Assembly (NCBI GenBank): GCA_965279035.1
Contig: OZ257142.1
Location: 544,001-608,000 of the forward strand
Length of the DNA stretch: 64,000 nucleotides
DNA from: Bacteroidia bacterium
GTDB taxonomy: Bacteria; Bacteroidota; Bacteroidia; M30B66
Direction: 5' to 3'
Shown: piece by piece, positions 40,725-50,310 of the stretch
Layout of the letters: every line of letters begins with the position of its first letter
Numbering within the stretch: the stretch's first letter is position 1
The notes under the pieces: model-generated
Seen by the model: only the letters and a program-made list of their open reading frames with translations
The model's database searches: none
What the model was told of the DNA's origin: nothing
Made by a program: the position numbers and the translations under genes

Positions 40725-42398
40725 ATGAACTGGAGCAATATTTTCCGTAAAAAGAGCATCGATAAGATTATTGGCGATTCCACGCATAGCGAACATGGTC
40801 CCGCCTTGGTTCGAAATCTCGGAATGCGCGATTTAACCTTCATGGGAATTGCTGCTATTATTGGCGCAGGTAGTTTTAGCAGTCTCGGACAAGCCTGTTT
40901 TTCGGGTGGTCCAGCTGTGGTAATTCTCTTCATCATTTGTGCAATTGCCTGCGGGTTTACCGCATTATGCTATGCTGAATTTGCCTCGCGTGTGCCCGTT
41001 TCGGGAAGTGCATATACATACGCCTATGTTTCTTTCGGGGAGGTTTTTGCCTGGATAATTGGCTGGGCTTTGCTGATGGAATATTCCATTGGAAACATCT
41101 ATGTAGCCTTTTCCTGGAGTGGATATTTCACCAATTTACTGGATGGTATTGGTCTTCACTTACCCGATTGGCTAACCATAAACTACCAAGCTGCTTCATC
41201 TGCATTTGCCGAAGGAAAACCGGGAGAAGGTTTAAACGCCTGGAATACAGCTCCTCAATTAGGAAGTTTACGTATCATCTTCGACTTACCGGCAGTCCTC
41301 ATCAACGTACTTATTACAACCTTGGTTTACATCGGAGTGAATGAAACCCGTCGTGTGAGCAATGCCATGGTAATCCTAAAGTTGCTCATTGTTGTGATGG
41401 TGATTGTTGTTGGAGCTTTTTATGTCGATATTGATAATTGGTCACCATTTATGCCCAATGGCTTTCACGGAGTGATGGGCGGGGCCGCTGCTGTTTTCTT
41501 TGCCTACATTGGGTTTGATGCCGTTTCTACGTTGGCTGAGGAAGCAAAAAATCCCCAACGCGATCTTCCTAAAGGGATGATTTATTCCTTGCTAATCTGT
41601 ACGGTCGTTTACATTCTTTTGGCTCTTGTACTTACAGGAATGGTAGGATATCAATCCTTAGGTGTGAGCGATCCATTGGCAGAAGTTTTCAAACTTAAAG
41701 CAGTAAAATGGATGCTGTACATTGTTTCTGTTGCCGCAGTAGTAGCCATGACCAGCGTACTTCTCGTATTCCAACTTGGACAACCGCGTATTTGGATGAG
41801 TATGAGCCGCGATGGTCTATTACCTAAACGTTTTGCTAAGATTCATCCGAAGTACAAAACTCCTGGTTTTTCATCTATCGTTACCGGATTGGTGGTTGGT
41901 ATCCCCATCTTCTTTACGGATGAACAGTTTGTTCTCGATTTTACTTCCATCGGAACTTTATTTGCCTTTTTGCTGGTCTGCGCCGGAGTATTGATGCTTC
42001 CTCCCAAAGACAAGAGTATTCCACACGTTCATAAAACCTTTCGTTTACCCTATATCAATGGGAAGTGGATTGTGCCTCTGATGGTCATTGGTTCTGCTAT
42101 TAGTTTGTTCAAATGGGCACCAGATTTTCTCACTCAACAATTAGCCATCACAGGCGATAATGCAGCGAACACCATTCCGATGCTTGTGTTTTTTGCCCTG
42201 TGTTTAGTGATGTCGGTGATGAGCTATATGAAAAATCTATCGCTCATTCCTGTTTTGGGAGTTCTTTCCTGTACCTATTTGCTTACCGGAATGGCTGCTT
42301 CTAACTGGATTTGGTTTGGTGCATGGCTTCTGATAGGATTAGTCGTATACCTGCTATACGGAGCTAAAAACAGCAAACTCGCTAAACTTAAATTGTAG
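40725..42398 (+). CDS. APC-family (cationic) amino acid permease
   Basis: GIAAIIGAG, YAEFASRVPVSGSAYTY, FFAYIGFD. Confidence 0.93.
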   Translation: MNWSNIFRKKSIDKIIGDSTHSEHGPALVRNLGMRDLTFMGIAAIIGAGSFSSLGQACFSGGPAVVILFIICAIACGFTALCYAEFASRVPVSGSAYTYAYVSFGEVFAWIIGWALLMEYSIGNIYVAFSWSGYFTNLLDGIGLHLPDWLTINYQAASSAFAEGKPGEGLNAWNTAPQLGSLRIIFDLPAVLINVLITTLVYIGVNETRRVSNAMVILKLLIVVMVIVVGAFYVDIDNWSPFMPNGFHGVMGGAAAVFFAYIGFDAVSTLAEEAKNPQRDLPKGMIYSLLICTVVYILLALVLTGMVGYQSLGVSDPLAEVFKLKAVKWMLYIVSVAAVVAMTSVLLVFQLGQPRIWMSMSRDGLLPKRFAKIHPKYKTPGFSSIVTGLVVGIPIFFTDEQFVLDFTSIGTLFAFLLVCAGVLMLPPKDKSIPHVHKTFRLPYINGKWIVPLMVIGSAISLFKWAPDFLTQQLAITGDNAANTIPMLVFFALCLVMSVMSYMKNLSLIPVLGVLSCTYLLTGMAASNWIWFGAWLLIGLVVYLLYGAKNSKLAKLKL

Positions 42399-43749
42399 AA
42401 CTGAACAGTTGAGTAGAAGGTAAATTCCTCCAAAGTCGGGCATCAAATGCCATACAGATGTTGCGCACAAAACCTTTTCCTTTCTCAGTTACTTTTAACT
42501 GAAATGGCTCACGGATAATTAATCCATCCTGCTCCATTTCACTTAATCGCTCCAACCCTTCATACCAAGCATCGGTTTGCAAACGTGTACACGACCAATC
42601 GGTTTCGAAGCGGCACATCAAATTGGTGATATGTTCCCGAATGACCTTGTCTTCTCGGTTGAGTAAATGTCCTCTGAAATAAGCCCATTCGCCTGCTTTT
42701 ACACGAGCGAGGTAGTCTTCTACTTTCTTCTCATTTTGCACGTAAGCTGTTCCGCAATCGCTAATGGAAGATGCTCCTAGACCAATTAGGAGTTCACTTT
42801 GGGTTGTTGTATAACCCATGAAATTCCGATTAAGTCGGCCATCCGCTTCGGCAAGCATGAGGGAATCGTTTTTCAAAGCAAAATGATCCATGCCGATTTC
42901 AGTAAACCCAGCATTTTCGAGCATTTCACGTCCTTTTTCATACAGCTCCCTTTTTTGATCGGGTAGAGGAAGATCCATTTCGGTGAATTTCCGTTGACCG
43001 GGTTTTATCCAAGGAACATGCGCATAACTATAAAAGGCAATCCGATCAGGCTTTAAACGAACCACTTCATCAATGGTTGTTGTAATGCCACTTAATGTTT
43101 GAAATGGCAATCCGTAAATTAAGTCGTAATTGATTGATGTATAGCCAATTTCACGTGCTGTACGAGTAACAGTTTCGACTTCTTCTACCGTTTGAAAACG
43201 ATGAATAGCATCTTGTACTTTTTCATCAAAGTCCTGAATCCCAAAACTAACCCGACGAAATCCTAACTCAAATAAAGTTTCAAGGTGTTCACGTGTTGTG
43301 TTACCGGGATGACCTTCAAAGCTAAATTCCGCATCTGGAGTAACAACAACAGTACTTAAGATTCCATCTAACAGAAACTTCAAATTTTCGGGACTAAAGA
43401 ATGTGGGAGTTCCTCCTCCTAAGTGCAATTCTGCCAAACGTGGTGTGGTAGCAAAAAGATCGAGGTATTTACTCCATTCGTTCAGAACGGCTATTTTATA
43501 TGGCTTTTCAACTAAGTGATTGCGGGTGATACGAGTGGTACATCCACAATAAGTACAAAGACTTTCGCAATAAGGAAGGTGGATGTATAAACTAATTCCG
43601 TTTTCACCATTGTTCCTTAAATATGTTTGGAGCGCTCGGTTTTCCCATGATTCCTCCTCCGGCCGTCCCGAGTCCCAATAGGGAACCGTTGGATAGCTCG
43701 TGTATCGAGGTCCAGGGACAGCATATTTGCGAAGAAGGTCAGTTTGCAT
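42388..43749 (-). CDS. hemN: Oxygen-independent coproporphyrinogen III oxidase
   Basis: GPRYTSYPT, CESLCTYC radical-SAM motif, GGGTPT, RNFMGY. Confidence 0.96.
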   Translation of the reverse strand: MQTDLLRKYAVPGPRYTSYPTVPYWDSGRPEEESWENRALQTYLRNNGENGISLYIHLPYCESLCTYCGCTTRITRNHLVEKPYKIAVLNEWSKYLDLFATTPRLAELHLGGGTPTFFSPENLKFLLDGILSTVVVTPDAEFSFEGHPGNTTREHLETLFELGFRRVSFGIQDFDEKVQDAIHRFQTVEEVETVTRTAREIGYTSINYDLIYGLPFQTLSGITTTIDEVVRLKPDRIAFYSYAHVPWIKPGQRKFTEMDLPLPDQKRELYEKGREMLENAGFTEIGMDHFALKNDSLMLAEADGRLNRNFMGYTTTQSELLIGLGASSISDCGTAYVQNEKKVEDYLARVKAGEWAYFRGHLLNREDKVIREHITNLMCRFETDWSCTRLQTDAWYEGLERLSEMEQDGLIIREPFQLKVTEKGKGFVRNICMAFDARLWRNLPSTQLFSSTI

Positions 43750-43755
43750 GGGAAA

Positions 43756-44481
43756 TTAATGTGCTTGTTGCATTCCCGGCTTGTGACAGCAGGAATGTTC
43801 TGTATTGTCTGTATGTGAAAGTTGAGGACTGATATACGGAATACCCAATCCGAGTCCTCTTAAAATGAGCAGGCATGCCATAACACCAGCAACGATAGGT
43901 GCTAGTTTACGCATGGAGCTACGGAAAGATGCCGAAAGAGAAGAAAAGAGGGTGACACTGAACATAGCGGGCAAAGTACCCAACCCGAACACCGCCATGA
44001 ACAGTGCACCCAAAAAAATATCGCCTGAAGCAGTAGCTCCGGCCAAAGCCATATAAACTAACCCACAAGGCAGTAAACCATTGAACACACCAGTTAGAAA
44101 AAGAGCTGTATAGGAACGTTTGCTAAACAAATAGCTGAAACGCGCTTTAAGCCAGAATGCTAACTGAGGAAACACCACAGAGAAGAATCCATCTTTTTTA
44201 ACAGAAGGCAGCACAACCGTTATAAGTAGAAGAATACCTAACACAATCGAAAGTGTTTGTTGGTATCCTGCTAGAATTACTCCCATTCCAAGTGCACCGA
44301 AAATGGCACCTAAAACAGCATAGGTAAAAGCTCGACCAATGTTATACAGGATTATTCCAGCAACTCTACCCTGAGGACTAAGATGATGAACAGGTAGTGC
44401 CAGTGCAATAGGTCCGCACATTCCCACACAGTGGAAACTTCCAAGTATTCCTAAGCTAAATGCAGCAATCAGGAGTTCCAT
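43756..44481 (-). CDS. cbb3-associated DsbD_2/TauE-like membrane protein
   Basis: HCVGMCGP, GLLPCGLVY, FGLGTLP. Confidence 0.9.
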   Translation of the reverse strand: MELLIAAFSLGILGSFHCVGMCGPIALALPVHHLSPQGRVAGIILYNIGRAFTYAVLGAIFGALGMGVILAGYQQTLSIVLGILLLITVVLPSVKKDGFFSVVFPQLAFWLKARFSYLFSKRSYTALFLTGVFNGLLPCGLVYMALAGATASGDIFLGALFMAVFGLGTLPAMFSVTLFSSLSASFRSSMRKLAPIVAGVMACLLILRGLGLGIPYISPQLSHTDNTEHSCCHKPGMQQAH

Positions 44482-44487
44482 GGTGGC

Positions 44488-44943
44488 TTAGTTTAATACA
44501 ACAACACCTTCGTTGTAATACGTTTGAGCATCGGCAGACCAATCAATTCGGATCTTGTACATGCCTTTTCCAAGTGTTTCGGTTGAAATTTCCTGTTTCA
44601 TTTCAACATTTGCTTGAACAGGGAAGTTCACATCCGAATTATTGTTAGAAGGCTTGAAAAGCGTAATGGTTCCGCCAATTTTCTTTCCAGTAAAAGATGC
44701 TGGATAGTTAATCAGTAATTTCCCGGTTTCCACTTTCCAGCTAAGCGGTTCTGCTAAAGCTTTCGAACGGTTCGATTTATCGATTTGCTCTTGAAATACA
44801 AGCTCTTTAGCATAGTAATCTTTCGAAGTAAGGTCGAGCTTCTTGCCGAAACTATTTACGACCATTCCGATAATTCCAAGGGCAAACAAAGAATAAACGA
44901 TTGCTATTCCAGTGCCCCATGTCCAGATTTTTGATTTTTTCAT
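44488..44943 (-). CDS. fixH: FixH/CcoH family protein
   Basis: WGTGI TM, DYYAKELVFQEQID; position in cco cluster. Confidence 0.85.
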   Translation of the reverse strand: MKKSKIWTWGTGIAIVYSLFALGIIGMVVNSFGKKLDLTSKDYYAKELVFQEQIDKSNRSKALAEPLSWKVETGKLLINYPASFTGKKIGGTITLFKPSNNNSDVNFPVQANVEMKQEISTETLGKGMYKIRIDWSADAQTYYNEGVVVLN

Positions 44944-44965
44944 GATGGTTGGGTTTTACATGAAA

Positions 44966-46387
44966 TTACTTAACAGGTCCGAGGAAGTTCGTTTTGGTAT
45001 TTTCCAGCGTTTCTCCGTCGACATTGAGTTTGAATTTTATCTCATTCTTTCTGCCTTCCAGATCTTTACGAGCAATTGTTACGAAGAATGTTCCTTCTGC
45101 TAATCCTGCTGATGGAATATTGAACTTTTCTTTTGATCCAACATGTTTAATTACACCAGCCGGAGATTCAAGAATTAAATCCAGTTTCATTTCATCCTTC
45201 GTCTTATTGACAATTTTGAAATTGTACAGATTGCTGATACTGTCTTTTCCAACTTCTTGGAACATCATTCCGGGTGCACGAAGTATAGTAGCTTCTACTT
45301 TGCTTCTTCCTGCAATTCCAAAACTTAAGCCGACCATTAGTCCTACCAAAATGATTGAATATCCAATCATTCTTAAAGTAAATGTTAGCTTTTTGCCTGA
45401 AGCAATACCGTTTTCAGAATCGTATCGAATTAATCCTTTTGGCTTATGGATTCCTTCCATAATACCATCGCAAGCATCCATACAAGCAGTACAATTCACG
45501 CATTCGAGCTGAGTACCATTACGAATGTCGATTCCAGTTGGACAAACCCGAACACATAAACCACAATCAATACAGTCGCCTAGTTTGGATGTGTCATCTC
45601 CTTTATGATGTTTTCCTCTAGGTTCGCCACGAACATAGTCGTATGCTACCATGATGGAGTTCCGATCCAGGAGTACACCTTGTAATCGTCCGTAAGGACA
45701 AACAACCAAGCATACTTGCTCACGGAAATACATGTACACGAAAAAGAAAGCTCCGGTGAAGAAAATCATCGCAGAAAATCCTCCGTAATGTTTACTGAGC
45801 GGCTCTTGAACGATGCTAATCAATTCATCCATCCCGATGATGTAGGAAAGGAAGAAGTTTCCAAACAAGAAAGAAAGAACAAAGAAGATGAATGTTTTGG
45901 TTCCTTTTTTTCGGATTTTTTCCAAGTTCCAAGGACCTTTATCGAGTTGACGTTGCTTGTTTGCATCGCCCTCTATCCAATATTCAATCTTCCTGAAAAC
46001 CATTTCCATGAAAATGGTCTGAGGACAAGCCCATCCACAGAATAACCTTCCAAAGATGACGGTAAATAGTACGATGAACACCATAAAAGTGAGCATCGCC
46101 AATGCAAACAGGAACAAGTCTTGAGGAAAAAAGACAAGTCCGAAAATGATGAACTTTCGTTCAACGATATTCATTAAAACCAGTGGATCACCATCAAGTT
46201 TTATGAATGGAATGGTAAAGAACAGAATCAGGTAGACAATACTTACAATTGTCCGTCTGTTGTAGAACTTCCCTTTGGGTCTTTGCGGGTAAATCCAATT
46301 CCGTTTTCCATCAGCAGTGATGGTGTTAATGGAGTCGCGGAAGGATTCATCTTGGGTTGGGTTTTCCCTTTTAGGGTCGGAATCCAT
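44966..46387 (-). CDS. ccoG: cbb3 oxidase accessory protein CcoG/FixG
   Basis: GRLFCGWACPQT, CIDCGLCVRVCP, ECVNCTACMDAC. Confidence 0.95.
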   Translation of the reverse strand: MDSDPKRENPTQDESFRDSINTITADGKRNWIYPQRPKGKFYNRRTIVSIVYLILFFTIPFIKLDGDPLVLMNIVERKFIIFGLVFFPQDLFLFALAMLTFMVFIVLFTVIFGRLFCGWACPQTIFMEMVFRKIEYWIEGDANKQRQLDKGPWNLEKIRKKGTKTFIFFVLSFLFGNFFLSYIIGMDELISIVQEPLSKHYGGFSAMIFFTGAFFFVYMYFREQVCLVVCPYGRLQGVLLDRNSIMVAYDYVRGEPRGKHHKGDDTSKLGDCIDCGLCVRVCPTGIDIRNGTQLECVNCTACMDACDGIMEGIHKPKGLIRYDSENGIASGKKLTFTLRMIGYSIILVGLMVGLSFGIAGRSKVEATILRAPGMMFQEVGKDSISNLYNFKIVNKTKDEMKLDLILESPAGVIKHVGSKEKFNIPSAGLAEGTFFVTIARKDLEGRKNEIKFKLNVDGETLENTKTNFLGPVK

Positions 46388-46402
46388 GGTGTGGGTTGGG
46401 TT

Positions 46403-47632
46403 TTATTTGACTTCAGTGGCAGCCATCGCTTTGGTGGTGTCGGTTTTTACTGTTGATGTATCGCCTGGAGTGGCAGTTGGCTCAACCCAAACTTCTCCTT
46501 GAGGAGCTTTTGGGTTAGCAGGATTAGTTCCTTGTAGGGAAAGAATATAGCTGGCAACTTTTTGCATGGCTTCAGGTTTCAACTGAGCTTGCCAAGCAAT
46601 CATCCCTTTTGCAGGAACACCGTATTTGATGGTTTTGAATACATTTTGGATACCTCCTCCATGTATCCAGTTAGGATCTGTCAAGTTTGGACCAACTCCA
46701 CCTTCACCATTTTGACCATGACAAGCAGCACAATTGCCAGAATAGATTTCTTTAGCAGAGGCCAAAGAACCAGCATCCGTTAATAGTGTAACATTGGTTT
46801 CATCGACGTTAGCCGCAGTTTCTTTCAAGTGTTCTTTTTTCAACAACTCAGCTTCAATCATTGAAGATTGATATTCCTGTGTTTGGAGTGGAGAGCTGTG
46901 TGAAACGTGATAGTTGAAGAGATACACTATACCGAATACAATCGTAAAATAAAATCCGTATTTCCACCAAGGAGGAAGATTGTTGTCCAACTCACGAATA
47001 CCATCGTACTCATGGTCGGTCATAACAGTAGCTTCTTGTTCCAATGGAACAGCATCTGTTAATTGACGATCGAGCCATTTCCAGTTAATCCAAGGTTTAA
47101 CATTTTCCATATCTGGAGCTGGTTGGAAGCCAAATCCGATAAGAAGTTGTTTGATTGACTTAAGTAATCCTAGAATGATGATGAATTCTATTACAATCAT
47201 GACCAACATCAAAACGAAAATCCAACTATCGAGACCTGCAATTTGAATTGGAGGCATCCATTTATTGGTTGTTGGTCCTGTTGCAACTTCTGCTGCAACT
47301 TCTTGAGCTGAACTGCTAAGTGGCAATAAAAACGCAAGTGCTAAAATCGGGCTTAGACTTGAAATTTTGTCTTTGCGAAGTTTAGCTCTTCCTGATTCAG
47401 AAAGGTTGCGAATGGCTCCTGACAAGCTCAAAATCACTCCTAATAAAACTAATGTTGTTACCAGAAGGATGATGAATGTTGGATTCATCATGAGTGATGG
47501 AGATTCTACTGGAGTTGCTGCAGCTGCTTCAGGAGCAGCCTGTTGGGCAACTGCTGACAATGTTGTAAATAACATTGCCGGCAGGAGCATCCAACTTGAA
47601 TTCAAACGGGCGTTAGATTGAACTGTTTTCAT
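46403..47632 (-). CDS. ccoP: cbb3-type cytochrome c oxidase subunit III (monoheme, extended N-terminus)
   Basis: DHEYDGIRELDNNLPPWW, CAACH, GPNLTD..WIHGG, GMIAW. Confidence 0.92.
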   Translation of the reverse strand: MKTVQSNARLNSSWMLLPAMLFTTLSAVAQQAAPEAAAATPVESPSLMMNPTFIILLVTTLVLLGVILSLSGAIRNLSESGRAKLRKDKISSLSPILALAFLLPLSSSAQEVAAEVATGPTTNKWMPPIQIAGLDSWIFVLMLVMIVIEFIIILGLLKSIKQLLIGFGFQPAPDMENVKPWINWKWLDRQLTDAVPLEQEATVMTDHEYDGIRELDNNLPPWWKYGFYFTIVFGIVYLFNYHVSHSSPLQTQEYQSSMIEAELLKKEHLKETAANVDETNVTLLTDAGSLASAKEIYSGNCAACHGQNGEGGVGPNLTDPNWIHGGGIQNVFKTIKYGVPAKGMIAWQAQLKPEAMQKVASYILSLQGTNPANPKAPQGEVWVEPTATPGDTSTVKTDTTKAMAATEVK

Positions 47633-47644
47633 AGCTGCTGTTTT

Positions 47645-47815
47645 TTACTGTTCGTCTTGCTCAAATGGGAGATTTTCCATGATTGCTACTTCTTGTTTGC
47701 TGGTGTTAAATACATGCCATAACAGCGCAATAAAGAACAAGAAGAAGATTGTTAGTGAGATCATCGGGAAGATGTCGACACCTGCAATCGTTGAGAGATA
47801 ATTAATGAATTTCAT
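47645..47815 (-). CDS. ccoQ: cbb3 oxidase subunit CcoQ (56 aa, below the ORF-track cutoff)
   Basis: Hand translation MKFINYLSTIAGVDIFPMISLTIFFLFFIALLWHVFNTSKQEVAIMENLPFEQDEQ; one TM helix; lies between ccoNO and ccoP. Confidence 0.85.
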   Translation of the reverse strand: MKFINYLSTIAGVDIFPMISLTIFFLFFIALLWHVFNTSKQEVAIMENLPFEQDEQ

Positions 47816-47835
47816 GACGAATCAGGTTGGGTTGA

Positions 47836-49992
47836 TTAAGGCTTGGTTGTAGCAATTTGACCAAAGACAATTTTGTTCTCTCCTTTGATGTCTGTTCCAA
47901 GTCGTTGCAAGTAGGAAATCATGGCGATGATTTCTTTGTTAGGCAAGGCTTCGATACCAGACTCTTTAAGGTTATTTACAATTTTGTTTTGTTGGCGAAC
48001 CAAGTCTTGGTTAGCAATCTTATCATAGCCTTCAGGATAAGGTACACCCAAAGTCATCATAGCACGAATTTTAGGAGCAGTTGATGTAGTATCTAAATCA
48101 TCGTCAAGTAACCAAGGATACATTGGCATGATTGAACCTGGTGACATGGTACGAGGATCATCCATGTGGTTGTAGTGCCAGCTATCAGGATATTTTCCTC
48201 CTTCTCTTTGCAAATCTGGACCTGTACGTTTTGATCCCCACTGGAATGGATGGTCATAAACATATTCTCCAGCTTTTGAATATTCACCATAACGTTCTGT
48301 TTCGAAACGGAATGGACGAATCATTTGGCTGTGACAAGTGTAACATCCTTCACGAACATAAATATCACGACCTTGAAGTTCAAGTGGAGTGTAAGGTTGA
48401 ACAGAAGCAATTGTTGGAATATTACTCTTAATCAAGAATGTTGGAATCATTTCAACTAAACCACCAATCAGAATCATGATTAAGCTGAACAATAGCATTT
48501 GAAATGGCTTACGTTCAATTACACGGTGCCATCCTTCTGAAGCTTGGTGACCTGGAGTTGCGCCTTTTGGAAGTGGAGCAGCTTCGGCAGCTTCGTTTGC
48601 AATGAATTTACCAGCAAATGCTGTTTTCCATAAGTTGTAAATCATTACCAAGAAACCAACTAAGTATAACGTACCACCTAAAGAGCGAAGCGCATACATT
48701 GGAATCAATTGAGTTACTGTTTCCAAGAAGTTTGGATAACGTAGGAATCCATCAGCAGTAAACTCTCTCCACATTTCGAACTGAGTTAGACCAGCCCAAT
48801 AAAGTGGAATCGCATAGAACATGATTCCAAGTGTGCCAATCCAGAAATGGAAGTTGGCTAGTTTTTTAGAGAAAAGTTCACGGCCATAGAAGCGTGGGAA
48901 TAACCAGTATAGCATACCAAAGGTTAACATACCGTTCCATCCTAAAGCCCCCACGTGAACGTGTGCTATAATCCAATCGGTAAAGTGAGCAATCGCATTT
49001 ACGTTTTTCAACGAAAGCATTGGTCCTTCAAACGTCGACATACCATAAGCAGTGATTGCCACTACCATGAACTTCAATACCACATCTTCACGAACTTTAT
49101 CCCAAGCTCCACGAAGTGTCAATAATCCGTTAATCATACCACCCCAACTTGGAGCGATCAACATAAAGGAGAATACTACCCCTAATGATTGAGCCCAATC
49201 AGGAAGTGCTGTATATAACAAGTGGTGAGGACCAGCCCAGATATATAAGAAAATAAGTGCCCAGAAGTGGATAATCGATAGACGGTAAGAGTAAACCGGA
49301 CGACCAGCTGCTTTTGGTACGAAATAGTACATTAAACCTAAGTAAGGAGTAGTAAGGAAAAATGCCACCGCATTGTGACCATACCACCACTGAACCAAAG
49401 CATCCTGAACACCTGCGTATGCACTGTAGCTTTTCAAGAAACTTACAGGAAGTTCCATTGAGTTAACAATGTGTAATACCGCTACTGTTACGAAGGTTGC
49501 GATGTAGAACCAAATCGCTACATATAAGTGTTGCACCCGGCGTTTAACAATGGTTCCGAACATGTTAATCCCGAAAACCACCCAGATTAATGCAATTGCA
49601 ATATCGATTGGCCATTCGAGTTCGGCATATTCCTTACCAGTTGTGTAACCCAATGGTAAAGTAAGAGCAGCTGCAAGAATGATTAATTGCCATCCCCAGA
49701 AGTGAATGTTACTTAATGCATTACTAAACATTCGGGCTTTTAAAAGCCTTTGAAGTGAATAGTAAACACCTGCAAATATTCCGTTTCCTACAAAAGCGAA
49801 AATTACCGCATTCGTATGCAGCGGTCTAAGTCGGCCAAATGTAGTTAAGGGAAAACCCAGGTTAAGGTTCGGGAATACGAGCTCCAGCGCGATGTAAAGT
49901 CCTACAAGCATTCCAATTAATCCGAAGATTATGGATGCTACAGCGAAGTTTCGCGGGGTTCGGTTGTCGTACTCAAAACGTTCTAGTTCCAT
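47836..49992 (-). CDS. ccoN: cbb3-type cytochrome c oxidase fused subunits I/II (CcoNO)
   Basis: RLRPLHTN, WWYGHN, WAGPHH, HVH; C-terminal CYTCHSQMIRP and WGSKRTGPDL of CcoO. Confidence 0.97.
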   Translation of the reverse strand: MELERFEYDNRTPRNFAVASIIFGLIGMLVGLYIALELVFPNLNLGFPLTTFGRLRPLHTNAVIFAFVGNGIFAGVYYSLQRLLKARMFSNALSNIHFWGWQLIILAAALTLPLGYTTGKEYAELEWPIDIAIALIWVVFGINMFGTIVKRRVQHLYVAIWFYIATFVTVAVLHIVNSMELPVSFLKSYSAYAGVQDALVQWWYGHNAVAFFLTTPYLGLMYYFVPKAAGRPVYSYRLSIIHFWALIFLYIWAGPHHLLYTALPDWAQSLGVVFSFMLIAPSWGGMINGLLTLRGAWDKVREDVVLKFMVVAITAYGMSTFEGPMLSLKNVNAIAHFTDWIIAHVHVGALGWNGMLTFGMLYWLFPRFYGRELFSKKLANFHFWIGTLGIMFYAIPLYWAGLTQFEMWREFTADGFLRYPNFLETVTQLIPMYALRSLGGTLYLVGFLVMIYNLWKTAFAGKFIANEAAEAAPLPKGATPGHQASEGWHRVIERKPFQMLLFSLIMILIGGLVEMIPTFLIKSNIPTIASVQPYTPLELQGRDIYVREGCYTCHSQMIRPFRFETERYGEYSKAGEYVYDHPFQWGSKRTGPDLQREGGKYPDSWHYNHMDDPRTMSPGSIMPMYPWLLDDDLDTTSTAPKIRAMMTLGVPYPEGYDKIANQDLVRQQNKIVNNLKESGIEALPNKEIIAMISYLQRLGTDIKGENKIVFGQIATTKP

Positions 49993-49999
49993 GGCAACG

Positions 50000-50191
50000 T
50001 CAATGTTTAGGGATTGGTTGGGTTGAAGGTGTTTCTTTCTTAGGCTCTATGGCTTCATCATCAAATAGCATTCGCACAGATGGTGTGTAACTGTCGTCGA
50101 ACTGACCTTTTTTCACCGACCAAAGGAAGGCTGCTAAAAAGGCAAGTGCTACGCAAATGCTGATAAAAATTAGTACATAGAGTGCGCTCAT
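50000..50191 (-). CDS. ccoS: cbb3 oxidase maturation protein CcoS
   Basis: TM then FLWSVKKGQFDD..PSVRMLFDD. Confidence 0.92.
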   Translation of the reverse strand: MSALYVLIFISICVALAFLAAFLWSVKKGQFDDSYTPSVRMLFDDEAIEPKKETPSTQPIPKH

Positions 50192-50223
50192 AAGGAGGAG
50201 CTAATTGGGATTTCTAATAGTGT

Positions 50224-50288
50224 CAAAAATAGACCTGTGTTAAAAGGTGTTAAATGATGCGAGTCAGGTGGGAATATGATTTTAGTCA
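50224..50288 (-). promoter_or_regulatory. ccoS-ccoNO promoter with tandem FNR/CRP-type boxes
   Basis: -7 TATTTTTG at 50224-50231; TGA-N6-TCA at 50255-50266 and 50277-50288. Confidence 0.7.
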
Positions 50289-50310
50289 GGTTTTATATGG
50301 GTATTTCTAC

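Noticed and set aside
44994-45512. Long antisense ORFs (172 aa here; also 22319-22753, 32037-32447, 12803-13192 and many 60-120 aa ones)
   Set aside because: They overlap well-supported genes on the opposite strand or in another frame, have no recognisable motifs, and are typical shadow ORFs
47836-49992. ccoN-ccoO fusion as a novelty
   Set aside because: This is the normal arrangement in Bacteroidota
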